Source: an uncultured archaeon (lineage in GTDB: Archaea; Iainarchaeota; Iainarchaeia; Iainarchaeales; DTGL01). From it: a stretch of DNA of 64,000 nucleotides. The position numbers and the translations under genes were made by a program. Each line of letters opens with the position of its first letter. Within the stretch, counting starts at the first letter, position 1. Location: contig CAZKED010000001.1 of NCBI GenBank assembly GCA_964551725.1, forward strand, positions 42,119 to 106,118, read 5' to 3'. This document shows, one piece after another, positions 29,363 to 37,190 of this stretch. Under the pieces are notes generated by a model. That model had not been told where the DNA came from and did not search any database. It saw only the letters and a list, made by a program, of their open reading frames with translations.

Positions 29363-30049
29363 ATGGCTGAAAGAACGATAAAGGAAATGGACAGCATTTC
29401 AAGAAAGGACAAGCGCTTTTACAGGCGCAACGCCGAACTGTTCGACAAAATAAAGGAGCAGATTTTGAGAGCGGAGGGCCTGCGCGAGAGGGAGAAGAGA
29501 AAAATACTCATGCGCCTGAGATTCCAGATAGGGGAAATGCAGGAAAAAGAGGGGATTGAAATGTCCTCTGCTCTTTACGACCAGGTGAAGAAAGGCGGCA
29601 CGGATGTCGGGGAACTTGCCTCGAGGGAAGCCCGCCGGAGGGGAAGAGGAAGGGCAAAAAAATTCGGCGAGAACGATTTGAACTTTATCGCCGACAACAT
29701 TTTTTCTCAGTTAAAGGACGAAGGGCTGCCCCGCAGGAGGCGGGGTAAAAGGGCTTCCGGCAGGGAAACGCGCGGGAGAAAATACGCTTCCTGGCGGGAC
29801 AGGAAGGGAATTCCGAGCGAGAAGGAAGCCGAAGTGGAAAAAATAAAGCAGGATCTCGCGGAAAAGCTTTCGGGAAGGAGACCGCTGGAATCCCTGGAAA
29901 AGGGCGGCGAAGCGCCGTCGCTCGGGGAACTCGAAGACCTGAAGAACCTTGATGTCGAGGACATCGTGGGCGGAAAAAAGGGAAAAGCAAAAAAGAAAAA
30001 GAAGAAAGGCGAATTTGACTTGGAAGGGCTTGAAACCGATTTGGGCTGA
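29363..30049 (+). CDS. Hypothetical highly charged (K/R/E-rich) protein
   Basis: The ATG is at 29363 (MAERTIKEMD...), and the track start at 29351 is a TTG. The C-terminus carries KKGKAKKKKKKGEFDLEGL. No domain was recognised. Confidence 0.5.
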   Translation: MAERTIKEMDSISRKDKRFYRRNAELFDKIKEQILRAEGLREREKRKILMRLRFQIGEMQEKEGIEMSSALYDQVKKGGTDVGELASREARRRGRGRAKKFGENDLNFIADNIFSQLKDEGLPRRRRGKRASGRETRGRKYASWRDRKGIPSEKEAEVEKIKQDLAEKLSGRRPLESLEKGGEAPSLGELEDLKNLDVEDIVGGKKGKAKKKKKKGEFDLEGLETDLG

Positions 30050-30050
30050 T

Positions 30051-30821
30051 TTAAGGTGCAGCGGAACAGTTGAGGTATTCCTCTGATGTCAATTTACTGC
30101 CGTCAGGAGCCTGGGGCAAGGGCTTTGCGGGCCAGAACAAAAGGTCAACATATGCTTGGAAGTTGTGCTGCGTGAATTCTTCCGGTCCTTCCTCTTTGAG
30201 CTTTCTGAAGTTCACCAGAACGCTCGGGGGCTTGTTTATTTCGCCGACTTTAAGGAATAGAAGGCGGTCCAGGTCGTTGTCCGTCTTGATTTCCCCGCTT
30301 TGCTTGGGAAAGCAGTAATAGGTTTTTCTTTCCCCGGAAAATTCGTGCTCGCCTGTCTGCGTGTACTCGGCTGTGTAAAGCAGCACGAAAACGAAGGCAT
30401 TCTTCTCGTCGGCGGGAATCCAGTCCTCGTTGTCGAACTGCTGCGGCGGGATGTAAATGTAAAAGAAGTAATCGTATGCCTGCTTCAGGGGATCCATTAC
30501 CGTGCCCACTGAATCCCTGAGCCTGTCCTGCAGTCCCCCGCTCAAAGCGGAGTCGCTCGCGTAATCCTCCTTTATCATGGCAAGGAGGTAGTCGACTTCG
30601 CTTGTGTCCTCTATATTCTCGCCTGGAACTCTCGGAACGCTGGAGTAAAGAATGGTTTGAAGCGCGGAAGCGGCGTAGTCAGCACCGTAAAGGCTTTCGA
30701 GGTTCTTGTTGACGTTTATGCCGAAAGTGCCGCTTATTGAAAACATGAATGCTGAAAGCCCTGCAACAATGAGCAATAGGAACAATGCGTCTGTTATCGC
30801 CGCCTGCCCCCTGCAGTTCAT
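30051..30821 (-). CDS. Type IV pilin-like protein with a class-III signal peptide (MNCRG|QAAITDALFLLLIVAGLSAFMF)
   Basis: The internal ATG at 30821 is preceded by GGGGGA. A basic residue plus Gly is followed by a hydrophobic stretch of more than 20 aa. This is the last gene of the pilin array. Confidence 0.55.
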   Translation of the reverse strand: MNCRGQAAITDALFLLLIVAGLSAFMFSISGTFGINVNKNLESLYGADYAASALQTILYSSVPRVPGENIEDTSEVDYLLAMIKEDYASDSALSGGLQDRLRDSVGTVMDPLKQAYDYFFYIYIPPQQFDNEDWIPADEKNAFVFVLLYTAEYTQTGEHEFSGERKTYYCFPKQSGEIKTDNDLDRLLFLKVGEINKPPSVLVNFRKLKEEGPEEFTQHNFQAYVDLLFWPAKPLPQAPDGSKLTSEEYLNCSAAP

Positions 30822-30868
30822 TCCCCCACTGTGCCTGAATTCTGGCACCGCTGTTCTGCGGAATGCCT

Positions 30869-31366
30869 TCAGTCCCACAGCACCACCACCAAAAGCAGGG
30901 GTCTTATGGCAAACCCGCTTCTGACGCTTGAGTCCTGGAAAGCGAAGGGAAACTTTTTCACCATAACTTCTGTGTCGTGGCTTATTTCCCTCTCCATATT
31001 GGAGCATTCCAGGAGTTCGCCGTCTATTTCGAAAATGCCCTCGTCCTCGTTCACGAATTCCATGACGTCAAAGGTCTGCTCCAGGGGTAGTTTTACTGCC
31101 CCGACCTTGTAGTAAACGCTTATGACCTCGCTTATGCCGCCGCACAATTCGAAGAATTCGTCCGGCGTATCCATGTAGCGGTCGCCGCGCAGCCTGTCGC
31201 TTATTTCAAGGAGGCTTATCGCGTTGCTGAACTCGCGCTGCCCGCTGTCAAGTCTCTGGAAAGTTGTCGTGAATGTTGCGAAAAAAATTACAAGAGCGAA
31301 AAGTATGGGAATGAGGCTCGGCAGGTCGTCTCCTATCGGTCCAATGAATCCTTTCCTGCTTTTCAT
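30869..31366 (-). CDS. Pilin-array protein with leader MKSRKG followed by FIGPIGDDLPSLIPILFALVIFFATF. Possible atypical class-III signal.
   Basis: The ATG at 31366 is preceded by GGAGAGAAGG. A KG motif precedes the hydrophobic segment, but Asp-Asp intervenes, so the assignment is tentative. Confidence 0.4.
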   Translation of the reverse strand: MKSRKGFIGPIGDDLPSLIPILFALVIFFATFTTTFQRLDSGQREFSNAISLLEISDRLRGDRYMDTPDEFFELCGGISEVISVYYKVGAVKLPLEQTFDVMEFVNEDEGIFEIDGELLECSNMEREISHDTEVMVKKFPFAFQDSSVRSGFAIRPLLLVVVLWD

Positions 31367-31404
31367 TCTTCCGCCTTCTCTCCTTTTTTCCCGTTTTGAT
31401 TCTT

Positions 31405-32028
31405 TCAGGTTTCGGATAAAATGCAAGTGCTCGGCATGCCTCTTTCCGCTTTGACCATGTTTCCCACTGTTTGCTCGTTGTCGAGGCACGACCCCTCATA
31501 GTGGGAAGTGCACGGAATCAGGTAAAGCTTTTTTTCGCCGTGGTAGATTTCTTTTATTATTATGAGGCTGTCCATTACGGGCTCCCTTGACTGGGGGTCA
31601 AGCGTGGTTTTATCCGCATCTTCAAGGGAATTGGTCACCCTGTCAAAATCGAAAATCAAGAATTCCGCATCGGAATCGATTCTCTGGGAAGCCATCACCG
31701 GCTTTTTTTCACCGCGCGCCGGCCTCCTCGTTACTTCAACGACAAGCGTTGATTCTTCCGCGGACTCTATTTTTCGCAGGTTCATTATGTAATAAACCTG
31801 CCCTGCGTAAAGGCTTCTTATGTAGGGCTGCAGAGAGATCTCCCTTTTAATGCACAACTGGTCGCTTTCAAGCACTTCGACCATTGTCCTGCCGTTCTTC
31901 CTCACTATCCTGCTTGCCTCGCTTCCTATTGAAATCCCGTCCAGGTTATAGGTGAAAAAAATTACTATCGCAAAAAGCGCTGTTACGAGAATGAGGAGGT
32001 TGAGCTTGCTCAGGGCAAAGCCGATCAT
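31405..32028 (-). CDS. Pilin-array protein with an N-terminal hydrophobic anchor (MIGFALSKLNLLILVTALFAIVIFF)
   Basis: Its ATG overlaps the upstream stop (TGATG). There is no K/R-G site, so it could be a very short-leader pilin (MIG|F...) or simply a membrane-anchored accessory protein. Confidence 0.4.
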   Translation of the reverse strand: MIGFALSKLNLLILVTALFAIVIFFTYNLDGISIGSEASRIVRKNGRTMVEVLESDQLCIKREISLQPYIRSLYAGQVYYIMNLRKIESAEESTLVVEVTRRPARGEKKPVMASQRIDSDAEFLIFDFDRVTNSLEDADKTTLDPQSREPVMDSLIIIKEIYHGEKKLYLIPCTSHYEGSCLDNEQTVGNMVKAERGMPSTCILSET

Positions 32029-32585
32029 CAGAGTCCCTTCCTGTAAGCGCATATCACGGGAAAAGCGTGGTTCGGCGGCGTTACATTGAACAGTTCATAG
32101 CTGCCTGCCGGAATTCCCTCGAAGAAATCGTGCAATACGTATTTCGGGTCGTCCGCAGAGCGGTCCGTGCATTCTCCCGGGGAAGACTGCCCCTTGAAAT
32201 TGGTGACCAAAGGAATGTTAACGCACACCTTTCTAGCATAGCCCTGGCTGTAGTATTCCAGCGCAACGCATGAATCCCCGCCCTCACCGCAGAGCGTCGA
32301 GCACAGGCGCTTGTCGCTGTGCGCTTTCAGCTGCACTTCCGCATCCTCAAAACAGCCCGAAGGAATGCTGAACTTGAACCTCGTGGGGAAGCCGTCCCTC
32401 GTGGTTATCTGTATGTGGGATTTCAGGTCCTGGAGCGCGCTTTCAATCTCGCCCTTGCACCTCTCCTCTTGGAACACTTCTATTGCCTTATAGCCGACAA
32501 TGAGCACGAAGCCCATTACTATTATTGCCACGAGCAGTTCAAAGGGCGCCGATTCCTGCCCTTTTCTTCCCAAAAAGCCAGCCAT
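32028..32585 (-). CDS. Type IV pilin-like protein (class-III signal MAGFLGRKG|QESAPFELLVAIIVMGFVLIVG)
   Basis: This is the canonical archaeal pilin N-terminus. The track ORF extends to a GTG at 32723, and the true start is uncertain. A TATA-like tttaaatatt lies near 32795. Confidence 0.6.
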   Translation of the reverse strand: MAGFLGRKGQESAPFELLVAIIVMGFVLIVGYKAIEVFQEERCKGEIESALQDLKSHIQITTRDGFPTRFKFSIPSGCFEDAEVQLKAHSDKRLCSTLCGEGGDSCVALEYYSQGYARKVCVNIPLVTNFKGQSSPGECTDRSADDPKYVLHDFFEGIPAGSYELFNVTPPNHAFPVICAYRKGL

Positions 32586-32821
32586 AAAGAAAACCGTTAC
32601 TTCCCTATATTGCCCGCGGTCCGCGTCACTATTTCCTGCGAGCCCTGGAACATCGGCTTGATGAAGGCAATGAGCACCAGTGCGACAATCACGAGCACCA
32701 AGAGGAAATAAACCGAGGACCACTCCCCTTGCGCTTTCTCTTCACGAAAAAATCCAACCGCGCCGAGCATAGGCATCCATTAAAAGAAAGGGAAAAGGAA
32801 TATTTAAATGTTACTCGCCCG

Positions 32822-33376
32822 TCATTTTGAGTATCTCAACGCGACAAGGCAGCATGTTGCCTCGTCCTCGGTGCAGGGGCAGCCCTCAATCCATTCCGCC
32901 TTGAGGCCCTCGTTGCTGTAGTCCTCTATCGCCTGTTCCAGGAGAGTGCCTGAATCGCATAGAACGGAAAGGGTTGCCTCCCTTTTTCCCGTTACGTCGA
33001 GCGCGATTTTTTCAGGCGAACCGTTTTCCTGCCCCTCCGCGAAATCGCCGCTGTCGGCGAAATCACCCAGGCTGAGGCAGACTTTGTCGTTTGCCACTCC
33101 CCATTGCGCAATCGAAATCACTTCCTTGGAAAGCATTGTGCTTTTTTTTGAGCTGTCGAATGTTACCTTGCTCGACCTTTCGTAGCCACCCCTGTCGCTC
33201 AGCTTTTGCACGAGCTCGCCCGCTTTCTGGGCGGGTTCGTCCTTGGGGAAAAAATCCCACCATGGACCATAGATCAAGGTTAAAAGTATTCCCAGGATTG
33301 CAAGTGCAACTATTGCCGAAATCAAAAGCTTGAAAACGGAAAAGGACTGTCCTTTTTCATTGCGGAAAAAATTCAT
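32822..33376 (-). CDS. Type IV pilin-like protein (class-III signal MNFFRNEKG|QSFSVFKLLISAIVALAILGILLT)
   Basis: A GAGGTGA ribosome-binding site lies 5 nt upstream of the ATG at 33376. The C-terminus is Cys-rich (CPCTEDEATCCLVALRYSK). It is a paralogue of the next gene. Confidence 0.7.
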   Translation of the reverse strand: MNFFRNEKGQSFSVFKLLISAIVALAILGILLTLIYGPWWDFFPKDEPAQKAGELVQKLSDRGGYERSSKVTFDSSKKSTMLSKEVISIAQWGVANDKVCLSLGDFADSGDFAEGQENGSPEKIALDVTGKREATLSVLCDSGTLLEQAIEDYSNEGLKAEWIEGCPCTEDEATCCLVALRYSK

Positions 33377-33406
33377 CAGTTTCACCTCAGCATAAAAAGC
33401 AAAAAC

Positions 33407-33420
33407 GCAAAAGCGTTTGC
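33407..33420. promoter_or_regulatory. Near-palindrome GCAAAAGCGTTTGC between the TATA-like box and the pilin start codon. Candidate operator or leader hairpin.
   Basis: The dyad symmetry was read directly. The element was duplicated together with the gene (compare 34101-34114). Confidence 0.35.
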
Positions 33421-33515
33421 CAGAAGAATAGAAGGATTTCTCCTATTTAATGGTTTCTATGGGGGGTTTCGGCTGAAAAAAAACAGGCGGAATAAAAAGG
33501 GGAAAAAGGAAGCTT

Positions 33516-34064
33516 TCAGCGCTTCCTTAACGCTATGAGGCAGCACATTTCGTCCCTGCCCTCAAAATCGCAGTCGTCCGTCCACTCTTCCTCGAGCCCT
33601 TCGTATTCTCCTATTTCCTCTATGTCCGCTTCTATGAGGTCGCCCGCGTTGCAGAGCACCGAAAGTTCGACGTCCCTGCTGCCGCCCCTGTTGAAGGCTA
33701 TGAGCTGCGGAGAACCGTTCTCTTGTCCTGCTTCAAAGTCGTCTGTTTCTGAGAAATCGCCCAGGCTGAGGCATATCTGGTCGGGTGCCATTCCAACTTC
33801 CGCGGCAGCGATTATTTCACTGCTCCTCATTGTCTTTTTGTCAGCGCCAAATGTTACCACGTCTGACTTTTCATAGCCGCCCCTGTCTCTCAGTTCTCCT
33901 ACAAGCTCTGCCGCCTGCTCTGTCGGGTCTGCTTCCGTTCCAATCTGACCTATCGAGTTGATTACTGTCATCAGTATTCCGAGGATTGCCATTGCAATAA
34001 TCGCCGCAATGAGAAGCTTGAATGCTGAAAACGCCTGACCTCTTTCGTTTCGCAAAAAAACCAT
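33516..34064 (-). CDS. Type IV pilin-like protein (class-III signal MVFLRNERG|QAFSAFKLLIAAIIAMAILGILMT), tandem paralogue of 32822-33376
   Basis: The two paralogues share RDRGGYE, ICLSLGDF...DFAEGQENGSP, LSVLC and CCL[IV]ALR. A GAGGTGA ribosome-binding site lies before the ATG at 34064. Confidence 0.7.
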   Translation of the reverse strand: MVFLRNERGQAFSAFKLLIAAIIAMAILGILMTVINSIGQIGTEADPTEQAAELVGELRDRGGYEKSDVVTFGADKKTMRSSEIIAAAEVGMAPDQICLSLGDFSETDDFEAGQENGSPQLIAFNRGGSRDVELSVLCNAGDLIEADIEEIGEYEGLEEEWTDDCDFEGRDEMCCLIALRKR

Positions 34065-34100
34065 CCACATTCACCTCTGAATTCAGCGCATAAGCACAGC

Positions 34101-34114
34101 GCAAAACGTTTTGC
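34101..34114. promoter_or_regulatory. Perfect 14-bp palindrome GCAAAACGTTTTGC upstream of the pilin gene. Candidate operator.
   Basis: Read directly. The flanking roughly 50 bp (tgccag(g)aagaata(a)gga..tt(c)(t)cctatttaat(g/t)gtttc) are also conserved with the copy near 33400-33460. Confidence 0.4.
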
Positions 34115-34187
34115 CAGGAAGAATAAGGAAATTCACCTATTTAATTGTTTCTTTTTTGCGCGGCGCTTCCTGGGCGCTTCCGATTCG

Positions 34188-34640
34188 CTATATGCGGGGT
34201 TTTTTGCCGAAGGAAACATAGCATTCCGTGTTGCATTCGCTTCCCGAAGGCTGCTTGATGCACTGGTAGTAAACGTCAATCTGCATTCTCTGCCTCAATT
34301 CAATGCCCGCGCCGTCGCCCTTTATTTCCGCGTTCGCCATTTCCGTTGCCTGGAATTCAACGCACTCGCTGTCGAAATGGAACTGCCTCTCAAGGTCCAG
34401 GGCATAGTAGGACCCCTCCTTGAACATGAGGTTTTTCCTTTCCACTAATCCCTCGGAGCCGTCTTCCGAGGGCGCGCTCAGCGCATATTTGAAGCCCTCG
34501 TAGTAGCGCTCCATGCTTATAACGTACTGCATTTCGCTGAAGTACGTTATCGCGCCGAGGATTATGACGAAAATCATTGCCGCCATTATTACCGCCACCA
34601 GCAACCTGAAAGGAAGGAACTGCCCTTTTTCCCCGGGCAA
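34188..34640 (-). CDS. Type IV pilin-like protein (class-III signal MPGEKG|QFLPFRLLVAVIMAAMIFVIILG), first gene of the pilin array
   Basis: It starts with a TTG abutting the stop of the upstream platform gene. A KG-Q site is followed by a long hydrophobic helix. The rest of the protein contains Cys (ECNTECY). Confidence 0.6.
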   Translation of the reverse strand: MPGEKGQFLPFRLLVAVIMAAMIFVIILGAITYFSEMQYVISMERYYEGFKYALSAPSEDGSEGLVERKNLMFKEGSYYALDLERQFHFDSECVEFQATEMANAEIKGDGAGIELRQRMQIDVYYQCIKQPSGSECNTECYVSFGKKPRI

Positions 34641-37190
34641 TCAGAATCCTCCTCCGAAAGAACTCACAACAATATTGGTTACAAAGAAGGAAACAGTGAA
34701 AACAATCATTGAAATGGGCACGTACTTTGCGAGGTTGACTTTAACTAACAGGTTGTTGTCCTCCTCTATTTTCGTGGTGTAATAAATCACAATCACCGCT
34801 ATTTCGACGATGTAAACAAGCATTATCGCAAGGAACATGGGCGCGGAAACCATTGAAAGAAGCGCCTCGGGGTTAATCAACTGCTCGAAGGTTGTAACGT
34901 TGAACGTGCCGAGCCCCGCGCCGGCTGCCGCTTCGCTACTCTCGAAAAGGTCGTCCCCTGCAAAGGAGGCGAACAGCCGCACGATTACCTTGAACAATGA
35001 AGTGGTGATTCCGAGCACTACCGGTGCAATGAAAACAATCATTGTGCGCATTAACTGGGAGATGTCCATCACGAGGTTCTTCAGCATTTTTGAAACCTTT
35101 TCAGAATTCTCAAGCTGCAGGGACATTGAAACAAGGGTTCTGGCGGCAACATTCACTCCGAGTTTTACCGAGTCAACGAGCACTTTCATTCCCACTTTTA
35201 TTGTTTTTGACGGAATGTTCACCAGCGCGCCGTAGCGCGGGTCGAAAACCGCGGACTCCAATGGCATGCCCATCAGGTGGATGTTGTCGAGTGCTCTCCC
35301 AAAAATTCTGTCGGAGATTTTGTAGTTGGGTAGGAATTCCTTCACGTGCCTCAGCGCTTCCTCCATTGGCTTGTTTTCCCCCAAGCGCGAGGCGATAATG
35401 TACAGTGAGTCCTTGAATTCGGATTCGAGCTGCATTATTTCAACCTGCACCTTGCGCCTGTAAATGTTGGAGTAGTATACGAAAAAGTAAATGCATACTG
35501 CTGTGGTCAGCATCAGCCCGAAGATTAAATTGTTGGGCGTGGTGTCGTTTTCCTTCTGCATGAAGAAAACGGTTTTCCTGTAATAAAGGGCTTTTTCTGC
35601 CGCAATTCTTGCAAGCTCTGATTTGAGTCTCGCGGTCGACCAGCCGGGGTTCTGCTGCTCAAGTGCTTTTGCGTAATCCTCGCCCACGTATTTTCTCAGT
35701 TCCGAGAGCTCGGTGGCGTTGGAGGAGTACTCCCTGAAAAATTCGTTGTAGACATCCCCGCCTTCAGTGCTTCCGGCGGGCGGCAGTGCAAAGTAGTCCT
35801 CGTTGTAACCGCCTTCTCGGAGCACGTCGGCTTCCCGCCTGTCCGCGGGAAGCAATTGCTCGTCGGGAAGCAGCGGTTCGTTCCTTCCTTCAATCCCGTA
35901 GCCCGTGGACTTCGGGGGAATTCCTTCAACGTGCAGGAACCATGAAACGCTGACTCCGGCAATTAAAATTATTGCAATGGGAATCCATACGCTCATTTCC
36001 CTCCTGCCCAAAACCATTCTCCCCTTTTTGGGCAGTCCCGGATAGTTTTCCGGAATTTCCGGCGGCTCGTAAGTGGGTGGTCTCTGCCTCACCACCTGCA
36101 CTGCAAAAAAGAAGACGCCCAGCGGAATGCCAACATTGTACAAGAGCACCAGCACGACGGGATTTGCGAGAGGCGAACCCGTGACGAACGCGCCTATGGG
36201 AAGCACGATGAATAAGATTATTGGCAGCAGGACGCCGAGGTAGAACAGTATGGCGGAAGGCATTGAAAGGTCGCGGGCGTACTGCTCCATTTTTTCCTTT
36301 ACCGCGGAAAGAAGCCCTTCAGTGGTTTTGTCGAGGAGGGCATACCTCTTTGCTTCGGTGTCCTCGAGCACTGAAGCGCGGATGCGCATTAGTGCGAGCT
36401 TGAATTCCTTGCTGTACTTTCCCCACTTGTAGGCGAGTTCGTCCAGCCCTTCGGAGAGTGTTGGGTAAACGCCGATCTCAACGCTCCAGAGCAATGACCT
36501 GAAATCCGCGGAAATTTTTCCGCGTCCGTGTTCGGCTGCAAACTCAACCGCTTTTTCGAGGTTGGGGGTCAGCTTGAGGGACATTACCATGTACCCAATC
36601 ATTTCCGGAATATAGCCAAGAGCGCGCCTTTGCTCTGTTTTTATAACGCTCACGGGATAGCGCTGCACGAGCCTCGGCAGGAAAAAGACGAGAAGGAACA
36701 CCGGCATGAGTATGTAGATTATCCACATGGGTCCCGCGAGGGAAGAGAGCATTCCCGAAAGAGGAGTGAACCAGACAAGCATTACAAAGGCAAAGCTCAG
36801 CACTAGAGAGAGGAGCATTGTGAATTTGACAGCGGCGGAGAACTCCTCGGGTTTTATGTCCCAGCCGAGGAAATCAACGGCATTCCTGAATTCTTCCGTG
36901 AATTTTGCCCCTTTTCCCAGCGAGGGCATTGTCCTGTAAGCGCGCTTGCAGAAGCGAACGAAGCGGGGCTCTTTCTTCTTGAAGAGCTTTTTTTCCCCTT
37001 TTTCGAATTCCTCCGAGCTGAACTCTATTTCCTTGTAAAGCCTGCCCGGGGAAACCCTTCTCTTCGGCTTGGGTCTGGTGTGCAAAGGTCTTGCCTCGCG
37101 CCTGCTTTCCCTTTCAGGCGCTTTGTCAATCTTCCTGCGCCTTTCGTACCTTCGAGGCATTAAAAATTCCTCACTTGGAAAACCGGCCAA
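34641..37190 (-). CDS. FlaJ/TadC-like polytopic platform protein (T2SS-F domains), 849 aa
   Basis: A basic N-terminus is followed by multiple TM helices flanking cytoplasmic helical domains (LEKAVEFAAEHGRGKISADFRSLLWSVEIGV...LSEGLDELAYKW, and later a second similar domain). It overlaps the ATPase gene by 20 nt. Confidence 0.75.
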   Translation of the reverse strand: MAGFPSEEFLMPRRYERRRKIDKAPERESRREARPLHTRPKPKRRVSPGRLYKEIEFSSEEFEKGEKKLFKKKEPRFVRFCKRAYRTMPSLGKGAKFTEEFRNAVDFLGWDIKPEEFSAAVKFTMLLSLVLSFAFVMLVWFTPLSGMLSSLAGPMWIIYILMPVFLLVFFLPRLVQRYPVSVIKTEQRRALGYIPEMIGYMVMSLKLTPNLEKAVEFAAEHGRGKISADFRSLLWSVEIGVYPTLSEGLDELAYKWGKYSKEFKLALMRIRASVLEDTEAKRYALLDKTTEGLLSAVKEKMEQYARDLSMPSAILFYLGVLLPIILFIVLPIGAFVTGSPLANPVVLVLLYNVGIPLGVFFFAVQVVRQRPPTYEPPEIPENYPGLPKKGRMVLGRREMSVWIPIAIILIAGVSVSWFLHVEGIPPKSTGYGIEGRNEPLLPDEQLLPADRREADVLREGGYNEDYFALPPAGSTEGGDVYNEFFREYSSNATELSELRKYVGEDYAKALEQQNPGWSTARLKSELARIAAEKALYYRKTVFFMQKENDTTPNNLIFGLMLTTAVCIYFFVYYSNIYRRKVQVEIMQLESEFKDSLYIIASRLGENKPMEEALRHVKEFLPNYKISDRIFGRALDNIHLMGMPLESAVFDPRYGALVNIPSKTIKVGMKVLVDSVKLGVNVAARTLVSMSLQLENSEKVSKMLKNLVMDISQLMRTMIVFIAPVVLGITTSLFKVIVRLFASFAGDDLFESSEAAAGAGLGTFNVTTFEQLINPEALLSMVSAPMFLAIMLVYIVEIAVIVIYYTTKIEEDNNLLVKVNLAKYVPISMIVFTVSFFVTNIVVSSFGGGF

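Noticed and set aside
32586-32723. Upstream GTG-initiated extension of the pilin at 32028-32585 (MVLGLFPLGARDCRT...)
   Set aside because: The extension has no signal-peptide character. The internal ATG gives the textbook class-III N-terminus MAGFLGRKGQ. Ambiguity remains, because the TATA-like box near 32795 lies far upstream.
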